DNA from: Mobula birostris
Lineage: Eukaryota
Assembly: GCF_030028105.1 (NCBI RefSeq)
Contig: NC_092384.1
Coordinates: 9,911,423-9,975,422 of the forward strand
Direction: 5' to 3'
Length of the DNA stretch: 64,000 nucleotides
Part shown: one piece after another, positions 1 through 13,094 of the stretch
How the letters are laid out: each line of letters starts with the position of its first letter
Numbering within the stretch: the first letter of the stretch is position 1
Position numbers and translations under genes: made by a program
The notes under the pieces: generated by a model
Seen by the model: only the letters and a program-made list of their open reading frames with translations
Databases searched by the model: none
Told to the model about the DNA's origin: nothing

Positions 1-438
1 GGCTTGTCTAAGGATAAGTCCTGACTCTATGTCTATATACTGTCCAGTCTCATGTTAGTGTCATGTTAAAGATGAGTCCTGGCGTTTTGAAGGATAAGTC
101 CCAGTTCTATGTTGACGTACAGTTCCCAGTCTGTCTCCGAGCTCCAGCCTCCGAGTTATCACCCTCCGCATTCCAAGACCCCAGCCACATCCAGTCCTGT
201 AGCCATGTCATGTCCTTGCCTGGTTCTGGAGTCTGAGCCCAAGGCAAGACCCAGGTTCTAGGTCCTTGTCCAGTCTCTGGCTCAGAGTCCAAGCCCAGGC
301 TCCTAGTTCATAGTTCTTTGTCCGGATTCCCTGTTTCTAGTCCATGTCCTAGCCCAGGTCCTGCATACTAGTCCTGTTCCTAGTACTTCAGTGTCTGTGT
401 CTTGCATTTGGGTCCACCACCAGCTCCCCCTTTGTGAT
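1..438 (+). mobile_element. 3' part of an LTR with internal short tandem repeats (truncated by window edge)
   Basis: Repeated gataagtcc / tagtcc motifs; ends TTGCATTTGGGTCC...TGTGATA, resembling fish Gypsy LTR ends (expected ...GTGACA). Confidence 0.5.
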
Positions 439-989
439 AAATTGAAGTAGAAACCTCCATTGTGAAACCCGAAGGACAATGCAAAGGATTCAGGGAAAAA
501 AATGCTTGGAGAACAGAAATGCTTTCTAAAGGAGCACTCAAAGCCTCATATGTTGTGCTTCAAGAGAGCACCAAGCAAAAGGCTATATTACATTGCACTA
601 TGTGCAACAGTGACCAGCACATCTGAGCACTTCATTCAGGGACAGCACCTTGGGCTGCTAACGGTTCCAGCACACCCGCAGCAGGGCACAGTGGGGAGCC
701 AGCTGAGCATCCATCAGAGATAGCTACTTACTCATGCACAGGGGCATGTGCGAAAGGCTTCCAATGCAAATCCTGCTCCAACATATATCTGGCCAATGTC
801 TACCTACCTGAAAGGACTTATTGAGTAAAAAATCAATAAAAGCGTACAGCATGTGATATTAGATGATCAGAACAACGTGTCATTGGCAAAATCAACATTC
901 TTATGACACATTCAGTATTCAAAGTTCTGTTTCCCTATACACACTAAAGGTGTGTTCTGGAACATCAGAAGTTGCCAGAAGAAGAGTCA

Positions 990-2405
990 GTGGATTAGTT
1001 GTGGAGTCAATAGGAGGGGAAGCCTGCCAACTCTTATTGTGTGTGAATGTATTCCCAATGGACGCCACACCAGTTGCACTTACCCACACATTAAGAACAC
1101 CATCCCTGCTACTCTGGAGCAGCACCATTTTGCCTATAAGACAAACAGTTCAACCAAGGATGCCATCTCTAATGCTCTTCACATCATACTGGAACAGCTG
1201 GAGCTTAAGGTTACGTATGCCAGAATGCCTTTTATTGACTACAGTTCTGCCTTTAACACCATACTCCCCAACAAGTTGACAATTAAATTACTCAGTCTGG
1301 GATTCAATACATCAATATGCAACTGGGTTCTGGACTTTCTTACCAATTGCACCCAGACAGTCAGACTAGTCCTCGGTCCCAGATATTTTAACCAATCAGA
1401 CCCAGTCAACCTCCCGGATCCTGTCTTTACACTCTACATATGACTGTGCCAGTGACTCCACCATCAAATCTGCAGATGACACTAGAGAGACTGGATTAAT
1501 TACAAACAACAATGAAACAGCAGACACAGAGCAAGTGCAGAAACTGCCCGAATAACCATAAACTTCCGATCAGTGTAAAAAAAAATGGTTTCAATTTCAG
1601 GAAATCAAGAAGGTATGAACAAATTCCACTACTCATAAACGGTGAAGCAGTGGAAAGGATATCCAGCTTTAAGTTCTTGGGAGTGAACATCACAGAGAAG
1701 CTCTCTTGGACCAAAAACACTCCTTGATGGTAGGGAAGGCTCAGTGGGGCCTATACTATCTCAGGTGTTTAAGAGAGCAAACCTGCTCCCCAAAAACTGC
1801 TGGCGGACATTTACTGATGTGCCGCTGAGAGCATACTGATCTACTGCATGACAGTATGGTACACTAGCTGCAACAACATCAACCAGAGAGGACATCAATG
1901 CATGATCAGGAATGCATAGAACGTCACTGGGACACGACTATCAGATATGAAAGCCATCTACAACCCACACTGTCTCCAGCGGACTTGCATCATTGTGATG
2001 GACTCATCCCACCCCAGTAATCACCTGTTTAATCTCCTAACCCCAGCAGGGGATATAGAAACATCTCTGCAGAGCCACCAAGACTGAAAAACAGCCTTTT
2101 CCCCAGGACTATCATGCAACTGAACGATGCCCCTTACCACCCACCCATAGTCCAGAGCCACTATGGACTATCTCTATAAGTGTAATACATGGGCATGTAC
2201 AATATCTGGGTTTAAATGGGGCAGCCACTGTCTCTTTTAACTTTAGAGTTGCTTATTTTAATTTAATTGTAACTTAGATGTCATTCTAAAGAACTCAGAC
2301 GTTATTTTTAAATGCTTTTGTAATTGAATCACCGGAATGCTGTTTTTCACTGAATGGAGTAGAACTGTAAACTCCTTGTCCTGATCAATGACAATAAACC
2401 TTGAA
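990..2405 (+). mobile_element. Degenerate Rex1/Babar non-LTR retrotransposon (RT to 3' end)
   Basis: ORF 952-1443 has FAYKTNSSTKDAI...[11 protein letters not shown]...CNWVLDFLT; ORF 1512-1727 has INGEAVERISSFKFLGVNITEKLSW; frameshifted; AATAAA near 2393. Confidence 0.85.
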
Positions 2406-2419
2406 GTAACTAACAACAG

Positions 2420-4651
2420 GTATGAAATCCCAACTCCCAAAGGTACACGCGGTCATTCATATCTTAAGAACATGGATTGCCGAGATTCCCTCACTTGACT
2501 CTTCTGCTGAGCTTCGTCTGTTGCTTGGCAGAGACATCATCCATGCACGTAAGGTACGTGTGCACCTCAATGGTCAGCATAATGCATAATGCACTTTATG
2601 CCCTATGACGGGACCCAGGTTGGGTCATAGTGGCTGACGTCTGCCTTGATGGTGCTCATCAGCCCACCTAGCACATTTAAGACTAATGTCCTGGGGAACA
2701 GTCGCCCAAGTCATTTTAGACCCTGTGACAGTAGAATTTATATGAAAGAGTGTAATGAGTTCTTAGGGTCTGTGCGAGGAGCTGGAGAGTGCCAGACTCT
2801 GAGGTTTTTAATGCATCTGAATTGGTTAATAGTTGTTTTAATGAGGGTTGTTAATTGTTTAGATTTCCTTGTGTTTTTCTCGAGCGACTCACTCTTTGTA
2901 ATGTGGTCTCCTGGCGCTTTCTGTTTGAACTTGTTAAGTTTATTTTGAAACGCTCGTGGATTCCATGCGACTTGCACTATTTAATCGGACGCCTGATTAG
3001 CGTTAATCGCGGGTCCCAGTTTTGAGACGTTACGTTTCATGGTGTCGCTCGGCTGAGCCACTGATGCTCGTGGAATTCTTATCTATAAACTTTGGTTGCT
3101 GTCTCTACATTGGAGCCTGTCTTTCCTCTGCACTGGGGTTCCAGCATTGCCAGTGCTAAAGAATACTGTAGGTCAGCAAACCAAGCCTCTGCTCAACCTA
3201 ATTTAGACAAGCTGATCTTCTGTTACTCAGAAGGTGATTATAAGCTAGCACCTTCCATCAAAGATGAGATCTTTCTTCAAAACATGAATAAAGAGTTTAG
3301 CAAAAGCAAGTCTAACAGTTGGGTAACTCCCCTTCCCTTCCGCTCTCCATGGCAACTCTGACCAAACAACAGAGAGCAGGCTCTCAGTCACACATTGAGA
3401 AGGAAACCAGAAGTGAAAGATCATTATGTGGAGTTCATGGAGACTCTTTAGGAACAATCATGCTGCGTTAGTACCTCAAGCAGATCCTAACAAAGAAAAC
3501 TAATATTTGCCCATCTTTGGTGTTTACCACTCCCAGAAACTTGAACAAAATATGCATGAATTGTCTTTGATTCAAGTGCTCAGTTCAAAGGCATGACACT
3601 GAACAATGTGCTCTTGTGGGGTCCGTATCTCAATAACAGTCTGCTCAAGGTCCTCATGTGCTTCAGAACTGAATCCTTTGTAGTGATGGCAGACATCAAA
3701 TAGATATCCTACAGCTTCTTATCATCGAGACTACCTCAGATTCTTGTGGTTTCGTGACCACCAAATGGACAATGAGATTCTGGAGTATCACATGAGAGTT
3801 CATGTATTTGGTAACTGTCCATCACCAGCTGTGGCAATCTATGGCCTTAAGAGGACTGAAGCACAGAGGTACATGGAAAGGCATTTCTATGTTAATGATC
3901 AACTTAAATCACTTCCAGTGCAGAAGAAGCAGTCAGCGTGCAGTCCAATTTCAGAACTCATAACAGTCGTGCAACATTTCCCATCTGAAGACCTGGTCAA
4001 AGGTCTACAGAATTTTGATCTTGGATAGAACCTCCCTCCTATGCAGTGCAGTCTGGATGGGATCTCATTACAGATATCCTTACTTTCCAGGTCATTGACA
4101 CCAAGTGACCCTTTGCGCATTGTGCCATACTATCAGCTGTCAGCAGTCTATTTGGCACTCTTGAATTTGCTGCTCCAGTCAGTATCCAGACATGCTTCAT
4201 GTTAAGAGAGTTGACCTCAGACACCTGTGGATGGGATGTACCACTGCCTAAAGAGAAATATGAGCAATGGCAGCTTTGGTGTTCTTCCCTTCAGGATCAT
4301 AAAGGGTTGACAGTTCCAAGAACCTAAACAACAATTCCACTTTCTACAACCAAGAGGAGCCAATGGAACTATGTTCTTGCTGATGTTAACCTGGCTGATC
4401 ATGCCACAAGAAGGCTCCAAGCTAATTAGCTCACCCTCTTCTCATGGTGAACTGGCCGGCATTTCTTGCTGATCCCCACCAGGAACAAGGCCCATAATTC
4501 TGACATGAAATCGGTTAAAAACTGTGCAGTAAGACTGTTTCAAGAGTAGTTTCTGAGATTATCCTTCTTTTGCTAAAGAAGTAATGAAACAATCTTTTGA
4601 ATTTTAGTCTCAGCAGTTAAGTTTGATACCCTATAGATGCCAGACGGGGCG
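2420..4651 (+). mobile_element. pol: Decayed BEL/Pao LTR retrotransposon internal (pol) region
   Basis: Fragments EIPTP, LLLGRDII, SWVTPLPFR, EYHMRVHVFGNCPSPAVAIYGL (3744-4028) match Pao-type pol; integrase C-terminal-like end near 4540-4585; purine-rich tract ccagacggggcg before the LTR. Many stops and deletions. Confidence 0.85.
2751..3157 (+). mobile_element. Probable solo LTR inserted into the BEL/Pao pol
   Basis: Starts TGTAATG; interrupts the pol frame (IYMKE | KEYCRS); flanks aaagag / aaagaa form an imperfect duplication; 3' end has tgcactggggttcc. No clean terminal CA. Confidence 0.55.
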
Positions 4652-5224
4652 TGTTCTGCCCTCTAGAGGCACAGTTCACTTTGTATGCAGTTCACTTCGT
4701 TTGGACATCACTTCCTAATTGTAAGCTGTGTCATTTCCTGTGTAGGTTAATTCAGATTTCAACTTGCAGTACATGGTGGAAAGACATCTATCTCTATCCT
4801 CTCTTAATTTGCCCTTGAAACAGCAATATTTGTGTGTCTTAAGTTTTGTTAATATTGGTAAATATTTAGTAGATATGTTTTGAAGGAAACATTATCTTTA
4901 TCTTTTATTGCTATTAGGATATCATTGTGCCATGAGTTACTCTTGTTTACATGGCATAGTTATGGAGTATTGTGTGTGTGTGTTAAATTAGTTTACACCA
5001 ATTGCGAAAATAATTGACAGTGTATTCAGGCACGCAATGATCCTGTATTGAATTTGGTAATTATTTTACTTAACCTTCTGCAGTTTCACAAGTAAGATCT
5101 CATTACAAATCCAGAAGGAAATCCCCGTCTTTGGTGATTTTTGAAAAGGCGTTTAACTTACTGCAAAGCGTTGTATATCCATACTGTGAAGGCAGAAGAG
5201 TCACTGAAACAATCAGTATTAACA
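4652..5224 (+). mobile_element. 3' LTR of the BEL/Pao element
   Basis: TGTT immediately follows the purine tract; ends ...cagtattAACA. The right end is approximate. Confidence 0.6.
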
Positions 5225-5229
5225 TCTAG

Positions 5230-6089
5230 ATAGACATATGAAGCAATTGAAGAAAAGACCCCATTCATCACTGAATTGACAATGCTCAGACATGCTTCAA
5301 TTCAGCAACACATGTTGAAGTGGACTCCCCTTCCTTTCGATTCCATTTATCAAGCATTTTGCAATCAACAATGGCTTTGGTTCTAAGTGTTCCTACATTG
5401 CTTTCAGCAAAGCTCATTTCGGTTGGTTTGGTTGAAGCAGTTAAACTTTTAAATAAACTGTATGCTTTTCCACCTATTACACTCAACAAAATTAACATTC
5501 TTCATTGGCTATTTCATTTGCTTCAAAATACGACTCAATTCTCTCAACATATCTCAACCAGTTATCCGTTGTTCTATAGAATGTGTCTATTTTCCAACGT
5601 AGCCAGTCTTCTCTGCTCTTTTTAAAAAAATTATTATCACTCTGTACTCACTGTTTATGCACCTGTAAATTTTGACCATTTTCTGCTTTTTATTTAAACT
5701 TGGCCATCTTCCTCTTCCCTCGTGAAGAAACAAACGTGATGCCCTTTTTTAAAACTCAAACTTTGCATTGCATTTTTTAAAAACTCGAACATCTCATTGT
5801 GCTTCAATAGGTAGGTAGTTCTCTTGGGTTCATTTTAAAACATTTTTGTCTCCAGTGTTATGTTCTGTAACTCCAAAAAAAAACTAATCAAAAGAAGAAC
5901 ATGGGGAGACTGAGACAAACGTGTACTTTGTTTTTTCTTTAAGTGAGGCACACACTTATGATGTGTTGGCATAGTGACACATGCCATTCACGTACTTTCA
6001 TTTATAACCTGTAATGAGTTAGTTAAACAACAAAGAATGCTTAATCGAAGAATATATTTACAATATTACTTAAATACTAATACACAACA
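5230..6089 (-). mobile_element. gag: Gypsy remnant: LTR (5856-6089), degenerate PBS and gag fragment
   Basis: ORF 5286-5498 (ILLSVIGGKAYSLFKSLTASTKP...CVAELK) resembles the gag at 56175-56444; LTR bounded TGTTA...AACA; minus-strand tggagacaa next to the LTR resembles a tggcgacga PBS. Confidence 0.7.
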
Positions 6090-6799
6090 CCGCCAGCAGC
6101 GACTTGCAGGGGTCCTCTGTCCAGGCGCAGTCTTTCAATTTGTCCCTAGGTGTAGGCCATTTTCTTGGTGTATCCTTTATCTCCCAATGATGAGGTCTTT
6201 GGTGCTTCTGCTGGTATTTCTGTACCTCTGGGTTTTTACAGGATGGGGTTGCTACCCCAATGCACAACCCTCCTTCTGTCTCAGCCAGGCTTGGGACCAT
6301 TGAAGGTGGAGTTAAAGTTCTCTTACTTCTTTTTAAAGCTCTTCATAGTCTAGAACTGGAGTGCTTTTAACTAACATATTTTTGTCTTTTATGCTCTGCT
6401 GACCAAACCACAGAAATCAACACTATGAGTCAGATGTTTTCAAAATCAGAGCCTTTAAAGGGAACCTTGGATTGGTAATGGAGGGGGCCATTATCCTCTC
6501 ACTGGACAAAATTTGGACATATATCAAGAAGTCCTTCTTCAGAAACTTAATCATTATTACATAGGGTGGACTCACAGGCTGAGTAACAAAAGCTGTATTT
6601 GCGTGTTTCTGAAACAGTTCCTGCAGGTGTACACAGTATACAGTCTTGCAGTTAGGAAAAGGGATTTCCAGCCAATCAAGTCCACAGTGACTGTCAGGTA
6701 CCTCTTTACACAAATCTCACACTATCCCCAGTTTACTCTCCTCATGTTCCCTTCAACTTTTCTCCCACACCTGTCCCCACCCCACATATCAACCTCAGC

Positions 6800-6975
6800 A
6801 CTCATGAGGGGGCCATTTACAATGGCCAATCTTTGGGGCATGGGACAGATCTAAAGCACCTGGAAGAAGTAGTCACTGGGAGATTGAGAAAATTCTGCTC
6901 ACACAGCTCCTCGAGTTCAGACCCAAATCTGGGTCATCGAAGCTGTGAGGTAACAGCACTAACTGGTGCACCACC
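6800..6975 (-). mobile_element. Degenerate V-SINE-like element
   Basis: Reverse-complement similarity to the SINE core at 47900-48165 (aagcacctggaagaa; gctgtgaggtaacagcactaac). Confidence 0.5.
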
Positions 6976-9319
6976 GACAAAGGATGGGAGACTTCAGTTA
7001 ATTGAGAGTTCTTCTGAATTGGAGAATGTTGAAGGGAGATTTAGCAAAGCAGTTCAAAATCTAGAAGGGTTGTTAGAGAGGATATATGTAGATACTTGTT
7101 TTGAGTGGAGGAAGAGTCTGTAACTAGCTGGCACTTTCTACAACAACGCAAAATACTTCTGTGAATCGATGAAACATGGGAATTTGCCGGACGTTGCACC
7201 CTGGGGCTTCTCCAGCTTCATTCCAGCACTGGAGCCTTCCTGATATCCAGCAGAGGTGTGCGGAAGTTGCTGCAGTTCCCCAGTGCTGGTGCTGAACTTG
7301 GTTACAAGTCCGTAGAGCAGGTTTTCTATTATGTGTTGAGTATATTTCTTTTAATTGTCATCACAGGACATTTTAACATCACAGTATGCAAGGCAAGCTT
7401 TTCACTCTTATCTTGGTACAAGTGACAGTAACCAACCAATACCAACATTAAATGACTGATTTTTGTTAAAGGATTCCAATTATTTTGTTTTAGTGGCATG
7501 TGTTTGTGTTTTTTTTAAGTTTAGAATGTTTCTAATTAATTACTTTTAATAATTTTTATAAATTTCAGTAACTGCTTCCAAAGTTTCTGAACAGCTTTGA
7601 GCAGTGGCTCAGCTAGGTTGTGGCTTAGCCAGTCGTTGCACGTTTTCCCAGCCAGTCTGTAGGTGAAGCTAGCTCTGGCCCAGCCAGTCAGGAGAATTAT
7701 GATGCACAAGGCCCGACTGCCGATTAGGATCTGCAAGACAGATCTATTTCTTCCTGATGTCAAACATCAGTGGCAAGTATGGGCAGTTCACTGCTGGGAG
7801 CTGAAGGCTGGCAGCAGAATGCAATGATCTGCAATGATCATGAATACTCTGAAAGGCTGTAAATCAACAGTGATATTTCAAAGATAAATGGATAACTGGC
7901 CAGTAGGGAGATAAGAGATGAGTTTGAAGATAGAACAGCACAGCACAGCGTGGGCATTTCAGTCCACGATGTTGTGCTGATTTATATAAACCACTCTGTC
8001 TACTAACCATTCCCTCCTACATAGTGCATAACCCCCATTTTTCTTTCATCCAAGTGCCTGTCTAAGAGTCTCCAAAATTCCCCAATATATCTGCCTCCAT
8101 CACCATCCCAGCAGGTACGTTGCCAGCCACCCATCACTCTCTGCATAAGAAAAAAACACAGAAATACCTTTCTCTGCCATGGTCCTAAACTTTCCTCCAC
8201 TCACCGTAAACACGTGTACTCTGGTATTGGCCACTGTTGCCTTGGGAAATGTCTGAAAGCATCTTTCCTTCTAGTCCAAAATAGCACATACAGATCAGAG
8301 ACTGGGGAACATCTGCCTTCTTCATTCAAAGTCACTGAAAATGCTCCAGCACATTGTACGCCATCTGCTGAGCATGCAAATTGTTTTCTATTTGCATGTC
8401 GAGAATAACTTCAGTCATGAAAATTAATTCTATATTTATTTCTTCAACTTCAAGTGCCAATTAAATCTGTTGAAAATGTAAAGCAACGAGCTATTGCTGT
8501 GTGTATGTCTGGTTTATTTGGTGCAGTATCTGGAATCTGGCCACTAGTTGTGTTTGTGTGATTCCATACTTTGCCTGTCCACGTTCATACTGCACTGCAT
8601 CATTCTGTGTTTACACCATTTGTAAAGTTATTATGTTGTTCATTGTATCTTCCAAATTTGCTGCATTTGTTATTCCACCCATGCAAACCTGAGTGAACAA
8701 GATATAATAAATTGAATGCAACAACAGAATGTATAATGTGCGTCGACCGTACATTTTGCTATAACTAATACTGAAGGAGATGCCTTTGAATTCTAATATC
8801 CTATTATTGAACCTGTATTGAAGCCATTCTAACCTCACTAAACTGTGGCCTGTCAGAGGCTGGACCAGTGATTAGACAGGAGAGGATTCACATGGGAATA
8901 GCACTTAAAATAACGCAGTGATGAACAGCCAAAGAGGAATGGGAAACTGGAGACAAGTTTGAATGCCAAGGGTAAGGGGAGGTGTGCAAAGGCACTGGGA
9001 GTTCATCGGGACTGTCTGGACTAGTGGCCCAAGGCATCAAACACATAGGGGCTGACGGTGTGGGTGAGATCAAGGAGAACAGTGGATAATTGAAGTGAAC
9101 ATACTTGTATGGAGTTTGATACAGTGAACCTGCCAAGTGTGGACAGCTATGATTGGAACTCTTGAACAAACACCCAAATGGGCTGCAATTTTGCAGTTAA
9201 CACCAGCCTCTGCATTTTCAATTGCAGCACCAGATTTTGCTGCAGCTCCAGGGAATTCATTACACACTATTTTACTTCACTCTGCATGACTGGTAACCGT
9301 AGTGAAAATGCAGAGTCGC

Positions 9320-9580
9320 AAGACATGTTACAGCTATATAGGATATTGGTGAGACCACACCAGGAATACTGTGCATAGTTCTGGTCTCCATACTAAGGAA
9401 GAGCACGATGAACCTAGAAAGGCTGTGGCAAAGATTCACAAGAGTATTGCCAGTCTTATTTCCAGGGTAGAGCAGACTAAATCCAGAGGCATAGATTTGA
9501 AGGTGAGAACTGAAAGGGATCTGAGGGGCGGCAACGTCATGTAGAGGGTTCTGTCAGTGGAAAAGGCAGAAGCAGGTATA
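9320..9580 (+). mobile_element. CR1 LINE ORF2 3' fragment
   Basis: DMLQLYRILVRPHQEYCA is the CR1 C-terminal LYxxLVRPHLEYC motif. Confidence 0.75.
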
Positions 9581-9593
9581 ATCAAGAGATTAT

Positions 9594-9706
9594 AAACACA
9601 AGAGAATCTGCAGATGGTGGAAATCCTGATGGGGAGTCTCAGCTCGAACTATCCATGGATGCTGCCTGACCTGCTGAGTTCCTCCAGCATTTTGTGTGTG
9701 TGTTTC
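9594..9706. mobile_element. Short element made of two inverted Penelope-end fragments
   Basis: aaacacaagagaatctgcagatg (reverse end) joined to gatgctgcctgacctgctgagttcctccagcattttgtgtgtg (forward end). Confidence 0.65.
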
Positions 9707-11036
9707 AGTTAAGAGAATAACTTGACTTGCAGAAAATATTGAAACATACAGTGAAAATTGTCGTTCATGTTAACAACCCACACAGTCTGCAAATGTGTTG
9801 GGGTGGCCCATGAGTGTCACGTTTCCACACCAACACACCAAAAACTCCAATCAGTGCTTGCTGGTACTGTAAAGCACCACTCTACCTGGCTACCCATAAT
9901 GGTCAAAATATATTTAACCTCACAATCTATCTTGTTATGACTTTGCACCTTGTCCACCTGCACTGAAGTTTCTCTGTGACTGTTACACTTCGTTCTGCAT
10001 TTTATCATTGCTTTGCCTCGATCTACCTCAATGTGTTGTGTAATAATTTGATTTGTATGGATAGATTGCAAGACAAGCTTTTCACTGTACCTCGTTTCGC
10101 ATGACAATAATAAACCAATTCCAATTCAAAGAAAGCTATATTATAAGAATTTTTGGCATGCTGTAGACACATCTGCATATTTAATAGCCTGAAACATCTG
10201 TTGTGGACGATTCCAACTGATTTCTAACAGTGCAACTCGTCTGATCTGCATGCAAAATGAAGATGTTGCTTGTTGGAATTTTTAATATTTCAGGTTCAGT
10301 GATGAAGTGATACAAATATTGAAAACACCACAGATCCTTGTCACTGGCTTTCTGCACAAGTAGCAAGTGATGTCCACCTGGCTTTGTGAGCACTCTTCGT
10401 ACTGTCTTTAGGACATTCAGTATACCTTGGTATGAAGTCCCCTTGTGTCAGTTGTGGGAGGGAATCAAGGGTGGAAGTACTGCATATCCCACTCTGCTCT
10501 CTGATGACACTGGATAATAAAGATTTTGCTTCCTGAATACTTATGGGTGCATCTTTATGGATTTTGGGCTGCTGAAAATCACCATGAGATTTCACTATCA
10601 CACACCATTTGTTTGAATACACCGATATTCATTATTTTAATTCATAATTCAAGTTAATTAAAATGTGGCCCACAACGTAAGCTGAAAAGTTTTCTATCTT
10701 GTCCAGGCATGCCTTGGCATGCTTAGGCAGGGTAGATGCTACGTGGCATAAAAGGTTTTAGAAAGGCTATAAATACATGAATAATTTCGATATTTGAGAC
10801 AGATGTTTCCCAGAATAACTGATACCAAGATTAAGGAAAGCATTTTTGTTGGTCCACAAATCAAACAGGTCATCAATGACAGGCAATTCAAAGAAATTGT
10901 AGTTGGGCTGGAGAAAATCAGATGGAAGGCTTTCAAAGATGTTGTTAAAGGTTTTCTTGGCAACTACAGAGCACCAAACTACGTGCAGCTGGTTGACAAC
11001 ATGCTTCAAGCATACAAAACCATGAAGTGTAACATG

Positions 11037-12403
11037 TGCAACCAGGTGACCATTGAATATCATTTTTTTTGTTGTTACCCTGGTAATGCTAAAATAGCTG
11101 CCTGTGCCTTTAAGGAAAAACCGTCACATCATTTTGCATGGGTGGAGTAGAATGAAGAATTGCCATATTCTAGAAAGGATGACGTTCGGATGCTTTTCCC
11201 AGGTTTTGTGAGGAAAGGTGAATAATATTTGATAATATCCATGTAGATTCATTTATATTTGTTTGTAAATCTGGAATTTGACGTGTTTTACATGTGGGTG
11301 CTTTGTATTTTCGCAAGTTCACTAGATTGATTCCTGGGATGGCAAGACTTTCATATGAAGAAAGACTGGATGAACTCGGCTTGTACTCATTGGAATTTAG
11401 AAGATTGAGGGGGGATCTGATTGAAACATATAAAATCCTAAAGGGATTGGACAGGCTAGATGCAGGAAGATTGTTCCTGATGTTGGGGAAGTCCAGAACG
11501 AGGGGTCACGGTTTGAGGATAAAGGCGAAGCCTTTTAGGACTGAGATTAGGAAAAACTTCTTCACAGAGAGAGTGGTGAATCTGTGGAATTCTCTGCCAC
11601 AGGAAACAGTTGAGGCCAGTACATTGGCTATATTTAAGAGGGAGTTAGATATGGCCCTTGTGGCTAGGGGGATCAGAGGGTATGGAGGGAAGGCTGGTGC
11701 AGGGTTCTGAGTTGGATGATCAGCATGATCATAATAAATGGTGGTGCAGGCTCGAAGGGCCGAATGGCCTACTCCTGCACCTATTTTCTATGTTTTCTAT
11801 GTAAGTTGATCAGAGCTGGAGAGTGTAATTGTGAAGTTCCTTAATTGGCCTACTAGGTTAGCTTTTTCAGTAATTCAACAACAAGGCAATATGTAGTAAA
11901 AGTTTATTTGTCTTTCTTTATTGTTTCACGGCCAAATGTGAATGTAGCAGAGTAATTTGAATACGTTCGTCTCTGTTCACGTAGCTTAAGTGAGGAGAAT
12001 TCATTTCAAGGTCTAGCCTATATGTGTTTGGAAGCTAAGCACATGTGTGCCAAGTGTGAGTATATCTCTTAGTTAAGCTGAGATGTATTTATCCATATTT
12101 TCGATGTTGTATATAAGGTACAGGGTTGGTGGGATTCTAACATTGTTTGTTTTTGTTTGAGATTTGCCACTACCATATTGATTTTGTATATTTTGTTTTA
12201 GTTATTTTCTTACTGCATATGTAACAAGGGTGTGGTCTGAAGTTAAACTGAGATTGTAATAGCAAGAACTGTTTTTTTTAATTTATTTTGTCGTTTTTAC
12301 TTTGATACCCTCTTTCTACAATAAAACATCTAAAACAGATAAAGGAATTTAAAACCCGAAAAAGTATTTGTTCTCCTGCGTGTGTATTTTTCTCCAGGCT
12401 ACA
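11037..12403 (+). mobile_element. Solo LTR nested in the Chapaev3 transposase
   Basis: TGCAACCAGG...CCAGGCTACA imperfect terminal inverted repeat; AATAAA near 12320; splits codons CNM|SLK; flanks catg / catc. Confidence 0.7.
11320..11802 (+). mobile_element. Young 5'-truncated CR1 LINE nested in the solo LTR
   Basis: FTRLIPGMARLSYEERL...YSLEFRRLRGDLIETYKI...RTRGH...FFTERVVNLWNSLP; ttctatgt tail repeat; aagtt on both flanks (11315-11319, 11803-11807). Confidence 0.92.
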
Positions 12404-13094
12404 CATCACTAAAGATTCATTTTCCTCATTCCCATTTAGACTTCCACCAGGCAGATCTTGCTGCTGTCAGTGATGAGCATGGTGAAAGGTTTCACCAGGA
12501 CGTTGCAATCATGGAGAAACAGTACCAGGGCAACTGGAATCCATCAAAGCCAGCTAATTATTGTTGGACACTTAAGTGAGAAACCTCAGACACTGAGTAC
12601 AAATGAAAATCATCAACAAACCATTTTTAGCTTAGTTGAACTATTGCAAAACATTAACACCGTTATGCAATTAAATACACTATATTCAATACAAATTAAT
12701 TTCTTGTTTCTCCAAACTCCTACATGATACAAATAGTCTGAAATTAATTTTGTGTTCAGCTTCAATCAGTCTATTATAAACAGAAAAACATTCTGAGGAA
12801 GCAACACTTTGGAAAACATTTGTTGTCCAGTGTAATGGATGTGTGGTTATGGTCACAAACTGACTCAGACTCACTGCAATGAATAAGGGGATTGTACTAG
12901 TCCAAACACCAGCTCAATATGAAGGTTTATTTATTTATTTACAGATAAATCATTACACATAGATGTGTGTGCCCATTCAGACATGCATGCATACACATAT
13001 ACATGATGTATAATTAATCAGTCTGTTGCAATTTACGCCTCTGCCTAATCAGCACATTGTCACTATATCAGCATGTTCTGAACTATTCACACTT

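Larger units (their letters stand above)
10508..12832 (+). mobile_element. Internally deleted Chapaev3-type (CMC) DNA transposon with nested insertions
   Basis: TIRs CACTGGATAATAAA (10508) and TTTGTTGTCCAGTG (12832); flanks tga / taa (TWA-like 3-bp TSD). Transposase C-terminus FPRITDTKIKESIFVGPQI...FLGNYRAPNY...CNM (10794-11036) resumes as SLKIHF.HSHLDF...AVSDEHGERFHQD...YQGNWNP...YCWTL (12404-12579). Confidence 0.8.
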
